Source: Amoebophrya sp. A120
Taxonomy: Eukaryota; Protista; Dinoflagellata
Length of the DNA: 64,000 nt
Direction: 5' to 3'
Assembly: GCA_905178155.1 (NCBI GenBank)
Contig: CAJINV010000014.1
Location: forward strand, 1,315,242-1,379,241
Shown: positions 1 to 12,554 of the stretch, piece by piece
How the letters are laid out: the number at the start of each line of letters is the position of its first letter
How positions within the stretch are numbered: the first letter of the stretch is position 1
Notes under the pieces: model-generated
Told to the model about the DNA's origin: nothing
What the model saw: only the letters and a program-made list of their open reading frames with translations
Database searches by the model: none
Made by a program: the position numbers and the translations under genes

Positions 1-184
1 GCACTATGCAAAACAGCTGCTCACAAAGTTAGGCCGCGCTCGCTACTTCAACGAGCACGAAGACCTTGTGTACAAGGTGGAGAAATTTGTAGACGAGAAA
101 TTCACGTACCGAAGCCACTTCGGCACGCCGCCCTTGCAAACCACTTTCAACACCTTCGGTTAACCCCACTAGGTTTCAAGTGCG

Positions 185-1553
185 ATGTTAAGTTTCCTCT
201 TAGAGAGACAAGTGACTTTGTTACAACATGAAATATACAAAATACTAATACTACGTAATTTTCTTTTTCTTTTTCAAAACAACATTCCGGTCCCGCCGCA
301 GCGAACCGCAACAGCGACGGGCCGACAAATGCGAACTTACACTCCCACAACTAAACCGCGACTCGCAGAGCAGAAGACTAGGAACCGCTGCAACCTCGCG
401 AGCCGCAAAGTGCAGTACTCCGACACGTGCTGGGTGCTGGATAACCTGATCGAAATCCCCGGTGTCGGAACCGATTGGACTTCAAGTGACGAATTGTACT
501 ACGCGCTCGAGGAAATCGCGCTCCGCGAGAAACGGGGTGCATCAACGATTTTCCGAGCGACACGCAGGGGCCCGGACACGGAAATTTCAACGTCGCTTCG
601 GCAATTTTCAAATCCGATCCGTGGTGCATGGCAAAAACCAAAAACTACCGAGTGGCAGTTGTTACAGTCAGCGACGGATTTGAAAATTATCTTGAAATTT
701 TCTCGTGAGCCGGTCCTACTGCAAATAGCACGTGCGGGACCAAGCCCAGCACCACTGAAGCAAGTCTACTTCGCATTCGAAATCGAAACGATCACGACGA
801 AAGCAGCCCTGCAAATAGTCGCAAGCCTATACGTGGCGGTACGCGCGGCCGAAGCGCAGGCGGTGAAAGAAGTCTTCTTCCTCCGCGAGGTCGAACAACA
901 AGTAAGCGACGCGATCCTGCACCCAGAACACAAACAGCCTCCGCTCGAGACCTGGCTGCAGAAATACCCGATCTTCTTCCGCCACTACTGCAAACTCCCC
1001 CTCTTCTTCAACGCCGATGTCAAGCGACGCCGAAATCTTCAAGATCGATCCGGAATTCGCGGGTCACGCGCACACCCCTGGCGCACAACAAACCGCACCA
1101 AGCCCCGGGCCGCATTCGACTATGCAGCGGCGAATGCCGCAACCGCTGCTGCCAGCTGGGTCAGCAAGTCAGCAGGGACAACCCGGAGCGGTGCCTGTGC
1201 ACCAAGGCGGAAAAATACCAGGAAATCCGGTCGACGTGGAGTACATGAAAATGTGGTATCCCGAAACGGCTGGCAAGATTGAAAAAGAGTTGGACGACAA
1301 GCAGGAGCAGATCGCGAAATTGCAAGAGCAGGTCGAGCTGCACAAGCAGACGTCGCAGAAATTGACCCAGGCGCTGCATTCGATGGCAAGCCAGCAAATT
1401 CGAATGCAAACGCACGGGAAGATGCTTCAGCAAGAAATGCTGCAACTGTTCTATGGCGATAAGATTACTAAAGATGATTGTAAAGCAAATCCCTTGCTCC
1501 TCGACTGCTTATACAGCCAAATCTGGTATGAGTACTTTGATTACAACATTTAG
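185..1553 (+). CDS. Hypothetical protein, probably the 3' part of a gene starting upstream of the window; exon structure uncertain
   Basis: Overlapping ORFs 185..1282 and 1017..1553 with a frame change near 1010-1030. The second ORF has a coiled-coil-like segment (IEKELDDKQEQIAKLQEQVELHKQ). Possible GT-AG intron 537..728. No recognisable domain. Confidence 0.35.
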
Positions 1554-3067
1554 TTTTAAAAAAATTTTTTTTCGTCTTTTCAAGTAGTAGAAAATTTTTT
1601 CTTCAAACGGGGGGATGGATGTAGCGACGGGTGTCCATAGAAACCGTCTGTACACCATTCTCACCGTGTTCGAAGCGCAAAATAGCATTACAGATTTGCG
1701 AGGACAACATGAAAAGATCTTTTCTCCGCAACAACAAATTCCATTCAACAATAAAAATGAAGTAGATCTCGAAATTCTTCTTGTGTGCGAAAAAATGTAG
1801 CAACAATTTTCCAACACTAGAAATTGTAATCCGGACTTCATAGCACGCGAAATTGGCGAGGCAAAACAGTGATGATGAATTTGTGCTGCTTCCAAAAACC
1901 ATTTTGAACCCAAAAACAGTTAGGAAGTTTGAGACTACGACGTGCCGCAAACTGCATTGAGCACGCCTGTAAATCTTGAAGTTCAACATCTGTGACAAAA
2001 CTTGAAAGTAAAATTACAATTGTGAACTCTTGTTCTCTGTGAAATCATCTTCACGAGAAACTTGCATTCTGTGTTCCACTAAGCACTTTTGCTACAACTA
2101 GTAGACATGATTTTTGAAGTTTTTGAAGTGGAAACAAAATCTTACGCTAGAAACAGGGCCTCGGGCTGCTTTATTCAAGGTGTAGTAGAGAAAGAACAAG
2201 GTCGTGATGGGGAAATATGTGGAGGTGTTTTTTCTCTAAACAGCAGCCTGCAACGCATCTCCTTAGCTTAAGCGAAGCTTGGCGTTGTAGCCTTTGTTGT
2301 TGTAAACAAAATTTTTGCGCTTTTTTCGTTCTGAGCAAAATTAGAGTTCTACCAGCACATGGATAAAATTGGTGGCAAAAATCAGCTTTATGCAACAAGA
2401 GTGACACGGTGATATTTACGATGAATTCTGTACTTAGATTCACTTTTAAGAGGAGTAACAAGTGCTTGCCCTTCTTCCGCCTTTTTCAGAAAGCCTAGTG
2501 GTACAACTGGAGCATTTTTTTTCTCTTTGGAGATATGGAGTAATTACGCATTTTTTTGTTTGCAGAGTGAAGGCTATGTGTTTGTTCGTTTTCTAATATT
2601 TTACATGTGTTAATGTTCTGATCGCGCAGTGAGCCGCTGCGACAAGAAAAAACATGAACATCCCTCTTGATAGAGGTCGTGATCCTGACGTGACAATGCT
2701 ACCGGGGTTGCAAAAAGACAAAGCTGCATCCATTCATCCGAACAATTTGATAGTTACACGAAGACGCCAAGAAGTAGCGAAAGGGCATGCATGGGAAGAG
2801 CATACTCTTCATGCATGGTGAGTATTTTTTCAAGTGTTCTTCTGCAGATTTTCATTTTTGTGAAGGCAAGGCACTGGCTCTGGCTCTGGCGGCACTGTTC
2901 AACATCTTAGCACAGCGATGTAGTTGAAGTGTGGAGGCGGCTCGCTATTCCTACTGGTTGCTACGTGGTCGTGAATTAGTAGCTCACATGAGCCGAAGAA
3001 ACATTGTGCTAGGCAAAAATCCGTTTCCACTTACAGTTGCTTCCTTACAAAGACGACAAGAAGGGCA

Positions 3068-5677
3068 ATGGTTTTTTATCAACGCGCCCTGCGGCCAACG
3101 ACGAGCTTCGGGCTCTGCTGTCTCGCCATCTTCCTGACAGCATGGCCACAGATGAGGGCCGCTGTGGTCGCTGCGGGAAGGGGAACAACTGCCCCGCTGA
3201 CAGACCACCACGACCGGGTAGCTGCGAAGAGCCTGTCTTCGCATTCGTCGAAAATCAACGGTTCGCGCGTCGGCCTGCTTGCGGCAACAAGGGTAGTTGC
3301 TGCAGCGACACCTGTTAATAGAGGGAGTAGAAGTAAGTCTAAGTGTCCCTTCTCTGCCGCAGCGTCTGCGAACTTTTTTGCACGGTCGAGGCGACGAAGC
3401 GAGCATGATGATGATCATGCGAATGACCATTGCTTGCCGGATGCAGCTGTAGAAATGTACAAGAGGGACGAGAGGCGGAAAAGCCGAGACGTTTCATCAA
3501 CAAGAATATTGCTAACACTGCCAAATAAAATTTTGAACCGCCTTCTCTCTAGTACTAGTACTTCTGCTTGTTCCACTCCGGCGCTGGTGTTTTTTTTTCT
3601 CCTTTCTCAGTCACTTCTAGTGCCGCAACCAGGTCGTGGAACTACACCAAACGCAATTTTCCTTCCTGGAGCGGCCGCGGAGTTCCAGCAAGAAGAAATC
3701 CTTCCGGAGACGCTACCCTGCGACGCGCGCTCGACCTATCTGACCACAGCGGTTCCCTACACGTGTCGTGTGAAGCAATACAAGCGAGCGGTGGTTCCCG
3801 CTCTGTGGGGGCATGGATTGGACTTCGAATTTGGAAAGCTTTCCGAAAGCGATTTTGACGCACTGAGGAAACAGTACGCAGCGCCGTGGGTTCGAGAGCA
3901 TGAAGTCCTCAAAGATTTCGATGAAGATAAGGATAACACTGAGATGGAGACATCTTCGAGGAAGCGCGATGTTGAGATTGAAAACTACGCGCCAACAAGA
4001 GCTGCATCGTGTTTCCCTGACGACCCGACGATGGATACTGAATTCGACGAGAAAAAGACCGATTACAATCTGTTGGATTTTCTTCCCGTGAGCATGCGTG
4101 CCCTCGTCGACTATAATTTCGCGCAGGAGGAGGAAGCTCTCCCCCTGGACCTGCCACGGCCTACGGAGGTTCCTGTGTACAAAAATTCCATTCTGGTGCC
4201 CAATTGCTGGACGACCGTTTATGAGGTGTTGCGCAACATGCGGAGCAGGCAGAGCTCCTGTGCTGGAAAAGGGAGAGGAGCTTGGAGGAGGTATGCGTCC
4301 TCGGTAGAAGGAGGTGCTGGAACTAGGGATGACAGAAACGATCGGAAACTACCACACAGAACAGACGAAAAACGGAAGGCGGATGATCTTCCAGAGGTAC
4401 AACATGATCGGCATATATTCAACAGACAAGGGTTTTCTCTCTTTCACGACGTCTACTCTACCGACGATTTGACCGCACAGAAATGGATCGAGGAAGCAAC
4501 TTTCCGCGTTCCGGAAATCGTAATCGAGAAAGCGATTCTTTCGGAGCAGATACAAGAACTGCAGAATCAGGACTCGTCTCATCTGGTGGCACGTGCTTTG
4601 CGTGAAGAGGACTTGTTCTACGAAAGAACGCCACAAAATCTTCAAGACGGAAAGGAGAGCAGCTCGAAGAACAGCAATTATCGCTTTCGCTTTCTTGGCC
4701 AGGACGGTGCTAGGAGTACTGGAAGTAGTACAAGCACTGACGGAAGCGGCAGCAAGAAGAAGATCCGCGACGTGATGAACACCAGCGGTGCCAAAAACGC
4801 CGATGAAGCCTACCGGCCCCGGTTCGGAGACCTGCTGTTCATCTACAACGCGGACAAGGGGTTTAAGCGACCCGTTCTGGTCCACGCGGTATTTTTTATC
4901 GATTCGCAAATCGTGTTTGAGAAGGCAGGCACTGGCGCGCTGAACCCCTACCGACTCACGGACTTGGCCACCGTTGCCAAGGAATGGGCGCCGACCACGC
5001 AGAAAGGGCTGTACTCGTGGCACGTGCATCGATTGAAAGAAACAAATGTTTCGGGTGCAGCCCCCTCAGGATTGACGAAAGAAGAGCGCGGGGGACAACC
5101 GGAGATGTTTAAAAGTGTCGAAGAAAATCAAAGCCCCCTCGAAATTAGGAATGTGTCGCTCGGAGCTTCTCACGATGGTAACCCTCATTTCACTTTTCCT
5201 CCCTTTGAAAACCGTTTCAGCCTGTCCGCGGTTCCAGCAGACCTCCGTTGGCCGGAGTTCTGGCGGTGGCCGGCGGAGCTGCAAGACTCCCTGGCTTTGG
5301 GGGTGGGGGACAACCCGCGCGACCCGGGTGAGATTGATGAGCTGACGCTGCTGAAGGGAAAGAGGTACAGCTTTTGCCCGCCTACTTCCGGCGGGGAGGA
5401 AGGGAACGAAGAAAGTCGTCAGCTGGGCGAACAAAGGGAAAGGGTTGACAATGTTGATAGTGAAGGCTCGTTGGGTAATACCTGGAAAAACGAAAGTAGC
5501 GAAGTGCCTCTTCTATTTCGACACACGAAGCGGCAAAATAGCGTCTCATCTTCAGGAACAAGTACTAGGTGGCGACCCTGCAACCCGCGACCGATTGGAA
5601 GGACAGTTGGTGATATCGCAGCGCTTGATGATGTACGATCTACAGCGCAAAAGAGTGGCGCACCAAGCGTAGTGTGA
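3068..5677 (+). CDS. 869-aa single-ORF protein, possible NlpC/P60-like (papain-fold) catalytic motifs
   Basis: Long ORF. PNCWTTVYEVL ... RFGDLLFIY ... VHAVFFID resembles the Cys / GDL-F / His order of NlpC/P60 proteins. Hydrophobic stretch ALVFFFLLSQSLLV. Function is inference. Confidence 0.55.
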   Translation: MVFYQRALRPTTSFGLCCLAIFLTAWPQMRAAVVAAGRGTTAPLTDHHDRVAAKSLSSHSSKINGSRVGLLAATRVVAAATPVNRGSRSKSKCPFSAAASANFFARSRRRSEHDDDHANDHCLPDAAVEMYKRDERRKSRDVSSTRILLTLPNKILNRLLSSTSTSACSTPALVFFFLLSQSLLVPQPGRGTTPNAIFLPGAAAEFQQEEILPETLPCDARSTYLTTAVPYTCRVKQYKRAVVPALWGHGLDFEFGKLSESDFDALRKQYAAPWVREHEVLKDFDEDKDNTEMETSSRKRDVEIENYAPTRAASCFPDDPTMDTEFDEKKTDYNLLDFLPVSMRALVDYNFAQEEEALPLDLPRPTEVPVYKNSILVPNCWTTVYEVLRNMRSRQSSCAGKGRGAWRRYASSVEGGAGTRDDRNDRKLPHRTDEKRKADDLPEVQHDRHIFNRQGFSLFHDVYSTDDLTAQKWIEEATFRVPEIVIEKAILSEQIQELQNQDSSHLVARALREEDLFYERTPQNLQDGKESSSKNSNYRFRFLGQDGARSTGSSTSTDGSGSKKKIRDVMNTSGAKNADEAYRPRFGDLLFIYNADKGFKRPVLVHAVFFIDSQIVFEKAGTGALNPYRLTDLATVAKEWAPTTQKGLYSWHVHRLKETNVSGAAPSGLTKEERGGQPEMFKSVEENQSPLEIRNVSLGASHDGNPHFTFPPFENRFSLSAVPADLRWPEFWRWPAELQDSLALGVGDNPRDPGEIDELTLLKGKRYSFCPPTSGGEEGNEESRQLGEQRERVDNVDSEGSLGNTWKNESSEVPLLFRHTKRQNSVSSSGTSTRWRPCNPRPIGRTVGDIAALDDVRSTAQKSGAPSVV

Positions 5678-6269
5678 AGTGAGCCGAGTAGAAGCGGACA
5701 AAAGCTGCACATCCGTCGTGGGTGCTTACTCTACTTCTTCTACTGGAGCGGACCACAGCGTCGAAGACAGAAGCAAGAAGAAAGCGCGTGCGGGGCAAGG
5801 CCGCTACGCAGTTCCAGTAGAGTTATATGCTAGTTAAAAGAAAAGACACTGGTCAAGTACTTACTATCGGAATCAGCATTTGCTTGTGCAAAGTGCGACG
5901 TTCATCTTGCTCTGCAGAAGCTTCATATATCGATTTATTTGGTGAAATGCAGGATGGTTGCTTGCCGTGGTTTCCGCGTAGTTCTGGGTGCGAAAACTTG
6001 CGCTGCCTGAGAAGTCTTTTCAAAGATCATCGTGTTCCAGCGCTAGGACAACTCCCCTGCGTTCGATAAAGTTGGGGCCTTTCTGTTTGACGACCTTATA
6101 TGTGGCAACAGTGGCGTGATCATCTTTGTATCTATCAGGAACAAGATCAAGATCAAGAACGACCTGTAAGAGACTTTCTCACTGCAAGTTAGGTGGCCTG
6201 ATGATGACGACAGCGTTTGAAATATTGCCTACTTTCTTCCCATAGACAGAAGTACAATCATTTGAGCTG

Positions 6270-9200
6270 ATGTCCGTGGACCGTGTCCGCACCTGCCTGG
6301 AGCTTTTCCACACCTGGGAGCTTCCCCACAAGCCACATGTCGCAGACGGGAGCAAAGTCCGCGAGTGGTTCTTTGAAAATCAGAATCTTTACGTGGACAT
6401 CAAGGGTTCTTGTGGAGACGCTACCACAGCCGAAATCGAGAAGTACCACCAGGAACAAACGAGCAGCAGCAGCAGTCGTGGCACTTCCTCCGCATCATCT
6501 TCTACAGCGAGAGTCAAAAAAATTTCCCTTGGACCACGGAAGATCGTCTTCAAAAATCAGCATATTGACGATCTTCAAGACGCGCTCCTCGCTCGGCTCA
6601 ACCAGGCGGAAATCTTGTTCTGTCATGTGTGGCCCATCGTGGAGCACGCCCTCGGTGGTACATCAACATCCACGGCTACCCGGCGCACTGGTGGCGCACG
6701 CGGCTCCCCACCTTCCTCGGCGGAAGAGGTTTCGTCGGTAGTACGGGAAAGCATCAGAAATGATTATGCTGACGAGGAACAAGAGCCCACACGGCAAATC
6801 GTCGAGGGAATGCGGCGCTTTCGGGACGAGGCGCTTCGCAAATGCGTTGACGGCACCCACTTGCCCACTGCGGAGTTGAGAGCGGTACTTACTAGACCTA
6901 GAGTATAGATAGATTCGTGTTGTACCATGATCTGTGTTGGGAAACTACGACTGACACTGAGATGGAGCTTGGGCGAACTTTTGACGCAGCTGTTTCTCAC
7001 TAGTACTTGTATTAACGACTTTTGTGCTCTAAAACGATACGACTGAAAAACAGATCATCACCGGTATTAGCCATACTCCCGGTGTGGATACCGGGTTTTG
7101 GCAGGGTGTTTCGGAAGCCATCCCGGAAACGGAGTTCCTACCCTTGCGCGACTTTTCTGACGCCTTGCACCTCTGGCTGTTGCAGGATTATGACATTGCA
7201 GGAGAACATAACAACGAACGGGACAAGCAAGCTGATGATCGAGTAAACGACGACGCTGATGAAATTCACTCCGTAATGACTGGATCGGTGACCGTGTCGC
7301 AAGACCAAAGCGTGGACGTGCTGCAGGTGGAGCAGTATAAGGCACAGAAGGCTTCACCGCGCGGCCCAACCATTCTTGCAAGAACAACGACGTCCCGGCA
7401 CAACGAAAAAAAGAACGCGAGGAACAACAGCAAGCGCAGCAGCACGCAGGAAGGCGACTATACTAAGAACTTCCAGCATCGAGATCCTCTTCATCTCTCA
7501 AAGTCTTCAATTTCAAGCAGTTTAAAGAATACAAGTACCAGAGGGGACGAACTCCGGGCCGCAGGGGAGGAGGAGGATTTTTCACACCTTTTTGCTTTGC
7601 CAGATGCTGTCGTCCGGCGAACGCGACGTGCCGTTCTTCCTGGAGGGTCAGGAGCGTTTGCGTATGACGATAGTACCTTGACCACTGGCACTGTCAACCA
7701 GGCCCCCCCTTATTTGTCCGAACAGATTCAGACGGTGATGGAGTCGTGGCTGCCCGATCTCGCGCACCTCGGTAAGATAAGCAGAAGGAACGGAGTAGTT
7801 CTCGGGGAGGACTACAAAAGAACAACCGACGCAGTTGTAGAAGTAGGATCGATTTTTAGCAATGCTTCTGCTGCCTCGAGAATTCATTTTCCAACTACCA
7901 GAGAGCCACGGCCACCTTCTCCGCGCTCATCAAACTACCCGCCCACGAATCTTCTGCACCATCTGGCCTCCCAATTCGAGCAGCTCCTGCAGCTGTGGGA
8001 GCAGCAAGCCCGAAACTTCGAGCGGAGACACCAGCAGTCGGAGCAGAAAGCGACCCAGTTGAAGAAGCAGATCGACCTTTCTTTCGCGGAATTCGAGGAA
8101 CTAGAACAGGAAAACCGGAAACTGCAAGAAAATGTCGGGAGGGCGGAAAAAAGAACTTCGGAATTGCAGCGGGAAAAAGTGCGGTTGGAACAAGCAAACA
8201 CCGAGCTGGAGCGGAGGTTTTCGAAACTGGAGGAGGAGGAGGAAAATAGGACAAACTACGCATCAGGCAAGAATATTAGAGAAACAAGTGGCAGCTCAAG
8301 TAGTTCTGCTGCTAACAGCTGCGCCCCTGCTAGAAGCGGTACAACTACCTCAGTCGGCGTAAGTTGCAACCTGCTGGTTCCGCACGCGAAGCTGTCTTCC
8401 TCTAGCTCCTCCAGCGAAGTCGACGATAGTACGAGCCTGTTTTCCTTCGCAAATAGAGGACAAACTCGGCAGCTCGGAATGATTCCTGACCATATTGCCG
8501 AAGCTGTGGGTCGTGCTTCATCATTGGGGACGGACAACAAGAAGAGTAATAAACATAAAGCGCCGGCAAAGAATGAAGATGTTTCGAGTCCGCCTCCGCG
8601 CATCGGAAGTCTTAATCGACACCGTGCCGGAAGCGGAGATCAGGAGGAACCGTTTCTGGAGATTATCGAGCTCCGCGAGCAAGTGGCTGTTGCCGAGCGG
8701 GATAGGCAGGTGAAAGTTTAGGGTTTCTTCTTGTCTTCTGTGAAACAGCACCAATACAGACTTTCTTTGCACTTGCACTGCGGCAGTGGTGCCCACATGA
8801 TTATGAACGTGATGTTACAACAGCAACACTTCTTCGTTGAAATTGAAAATCTTGAAATCTCCTTTCAATTTTACAGGAAGCCGCAAACCAGCTTACCCGT
8901 GTGGAGAATTTGTTGATCCAAAAGTCCGAGGAGCTACACACCGCAAACACCGAACTGGAAGGCCTGAAGGACCAGCATGAAAAATTCGGGAACAGTCGTA
9001 CAGAAGGAAACAGGAGGACTTTGGCCGCCGTCGAGGCAAAAGCTACTGAGAACAAGCAAGAAAGCTACATCGATCAAGAGCAAGATGAAGATCTCGCCCT
9101 GCTTCGAAAACAGTTGAAGCAAAAAGACCGGCTGATCCAGGGTCTGCGAAATGTCCGCTCGGAACTGTTAGAGAACGCGGTCGAGTATAAAAATTATCAG

Positions 9201-10916
9201 CAGGCGTTGTTCACGACCCGGGGTGGGAGTAGAAGTACCTCTACTACGAGGAATGTAAAGCGCACAAATCATGGCGATCAACATGACCACTATCATCGGG
9301 CGGAACAAGGACCCGTCGCCGTCGCCGTGTCCGACGACGATGAAGAAGAAAAATCTCCAAGGACCCGGGCACTAAAGCGACAGGTGCAATTTTTCAAAAA
9401 GCAGGCTCTGGCGATGGAAAGACACGTTTTGGAGTTGGAGCATGACGGTGATGATCATGATGGTTTTGGTTCATTTACCGCCGAAAATAGACTGCACGAT
9501 CATCTCCCCGGAGGTGGACGAGAAAAAAAGCAGACCGTTCCTTCAACAGAATCTCTCGCAGAGCTGTCTTCACCCTCACCGTCTAAAAAAACGAAAGGCA
9601 TGTTGCTTGGACACAATGACGCACAAGTGCTTACACTGGACGAGAACCATGGGATGAAAGATGAGCAGAAGAACAAGAACGCCAACAGCGCAGCAAGCAG
9701 CTCCTCCTCAACCACCGCGAAGACGACCGGTACTGGTACAACAAACACGACTAGGTCTTGTACCACAAAATCTTCAAGGAAACCTCTGACGGAGACGGCA
9801 GCCATGTTCCAGCAACTGATTGCGGAAATTCAAACGTTGGAGACGCAGAAAGCAGACTGCGAAGGGGAGATCCGGCGGCTGGAGCGAAAAGTCCGGTTTT
9901 ACGAGAAAAACATGGGCCTGTACAGCAACAGCAGCAGCGCAGCGACGAGGACAAGAACTTCCGGAGATTCTTCGGGGGCGCCGGCAGCGAGGACTTCTGG
10001 TCGTTTGGAAGAAACTGTAAATGGCGCTGGAATTCTGCAACTTCACGTGCATAGCTCCGCGAGGACAACATCAACCACGACGAGAACATCCATCGTCAAC
10101 GACAGTACTAAAGCGGACCAGAGTGTGCGGCAAAAGGTGCTCCAGCAGCAGAAGAAGAGAAGAAGTGGAAGTAACACGACAGGCGGCAATTTGTTCTTTT
10201 ACAATGTAGCGGAAGATGGAGACGATCAAGAGCAGCGTCTCGCACACAACGAACAAGGAGATATGTTCTTGGCGCAGAATGCTGCTTTACCTTTACCCCC
10301 AACGTCCACGGTCGTCCCAGTTGTGTTTTCCCCTGCTCAGCGACGCCCAACTTCTACGAGGACGCGCTACGACAAGATGAATTTCAGCGGTGCGACTTCG
10401 AATCGGGAAGTAGATCGGAAGATTCAAAACGGTTCATCTGCACTGGCTTTCAGTCCGTTTTCGAAAACGAAATCGGATGGCGCTGCGAAGATTATGCTGG
10501 CCTCAAATAAGACGAGCAAGAACGTCAATTCTTTGCGAGGACGAGGAGGGGAGCAGCGGATTAAAACTCCCCCGGCCGACGAGATAAGAACAACTGCGCA
10601 GAAGAAGAAACTGTGCCCAGTTTATTCGACCGAGGAGGATGAAATAAAACACAATAAAGTAAATCCACACGAAGACTTTCTAAGCGTGGCACAGCAGGGG
10701 CGACGAGGTGGGTACTACGTTTACGACGACGACCTTAGTGGGGAAGATGGCGCCATCGCGAGAAGAACTCAAGGAGGCACGAGAGAAGAAAATGCTTCGT
10801 CGAAGAAGAAAAAGAAAAACAAGAATGGTGACGGTAGCAATAGTGGTCTGAAAAACAAGAAGAAAAGGTCCTATGCTCCTTCTTCTTCACCAGTTGCACA
10901 GTGTCCGACGCAGTGA
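6270..10916 (+). CDS. Coiled-coil, low-complexity hypothetical protein, 3 exons
   Basis: Exons 6270..6884, 7054..8709, 8877..10916 joined in frame by phase-0 GT-AG introns 6885..7053 and 8710..8876. Heptad-rich segments such as FEELEQENRKLQENVGRAEKRTSELQREK. Confidence 0.7.
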
Positions 10917-12554
10917 GCAGGGCCGCGATGGTGATGCAGTCGGCTTTCACTTTCATCGCTTAATACCGCATGATCCAGATGGATCCTCATGGTGGTCATA
11001 CTTGAACGCATTTCGGATTGTACTAGGCTTTGTCTTTGGTATGTTGATCTACATTTTTCACGATATGTTTTGTTGTTTCCGTTTCAAGTAGAATTTGTTT
11101 CGATTTTGCACAAGAAAAAGCATCTTCCTGTCGCGGCGGCGCGTGCCACGTGCACGACCCTCGCTAGGAAAGACATTTGTGAACGAAGAACATTTTCGCG
11201 TTTCCAAGAAAGAGATGGCACATGGTGAGAACATCATGATGATGATGATGTTGTTTGCGCATTCAGTTTACTACCTCTCACAAAGAAGGCATTGCAGTCC
11301 TCGTGGCGCTGTACTTGCAAAGTGCTTCGCTTTGGCCAAATGATGTGATGATGACCACGGTCGTCGGAGAAAGAGCCGAAGTTCTATGGCGGAAGGTGAA
11401 GGTCAAGGAAGATCTGCTAGAAGAGCAGCGTTGGTCAGTCTGAAGATAGTTTTCATTTGATTCATCGATCTGCTTCTGCAGAAAGGAACGGCTTCAATGA
11501 TGTCCTGTCGGGCAGAGGAAGACTCACATCGCGCGCGTATTTTCAAGAATTTGGAACTTTCTGGGGTAGAATGGATTTATTCATCGAAAAGTTTCAGACC
11601 TAATGAGTGCCCGTGGTAGTTTTACTGCTGCTTGATGGCATATTAGATATGGAAAAGAAATCATGGACTGCGTTTATTTGTGTTGGTGTGCACGCGCGCA
11701 TCATGGTTTAACTCTCCTTACGTCAATTGTAATGCGCTTTCACAACTAATTCTGACTCATCTAACAAACAAGAACAATTAGAATCCGGCGGCACAATTGG
11801 CGTGTTTTTTCATCAATCGATCTGGAGCTAGTAAGTAGCTCTTCAGTACAAGACGCAAAAAACCTGTATTTTTTTTCTCCACGTCTTCACCAATTCTGTT
11901 TCTGATTAAATAAAGTAGTGATTGCAGGAGTCTCTGCCTCACAAGATGCAAATTTCGGTTGCTGGTCGTGTTGAAGACCGTTGAGTGAAAACGCACACAC
12001 CAAGCAGGCGGCGTCCGCTTCCTTTACCGCGGATCAATGGAGCAGACCAGCACTGCGCTGCCCGTCAAGCCAGAGATGAAATGCCAGCTTGCTGGCCACG
12101 ACCAAGAGGGGCCGCAGGAGGTACGTATACTTAAGTGCTGCAGCGCTACTGAGACTGATGAAAGATCAGTTGCTGTGCTATGAATAAAATAAGTCGAAGG
12201 AGCATAATGCGTTAATAATTTCAAATTCGAACTACAACTCATTTCACATGCAAAAATACCCTGAAGTGAAGAAATGTTTTCGATTTTTGTCTCTTTAGGT
12301 GTCAGAAAGGATCTCGGATGATCCCAGGCGTGTCGACGAGCAGATCGCGTGCGCGGTAAGTGGAAAAATCATCAGTGCGTTCAAATTGATGTTGCGTAGC
12401 TGCAGCACGGATTGCTCGCAAGTCTATCGAAGTTTCAGTTTGTGGGGTGTGCAGTATGTGATTTTCTTGCTCAGAAGATAAAGACGAACAAACAAGTCTT
12501 CTACTTGTAATAAACTTGTGTGCGAAACAGAATCCATCGACCAGCGTGACCGCG

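Noticed and set aside
159-172. 14-nt GT..AG micro-intron near the window start
   Set aside because: Too short, and the joined frame stops after about 20 codons; unsupported.
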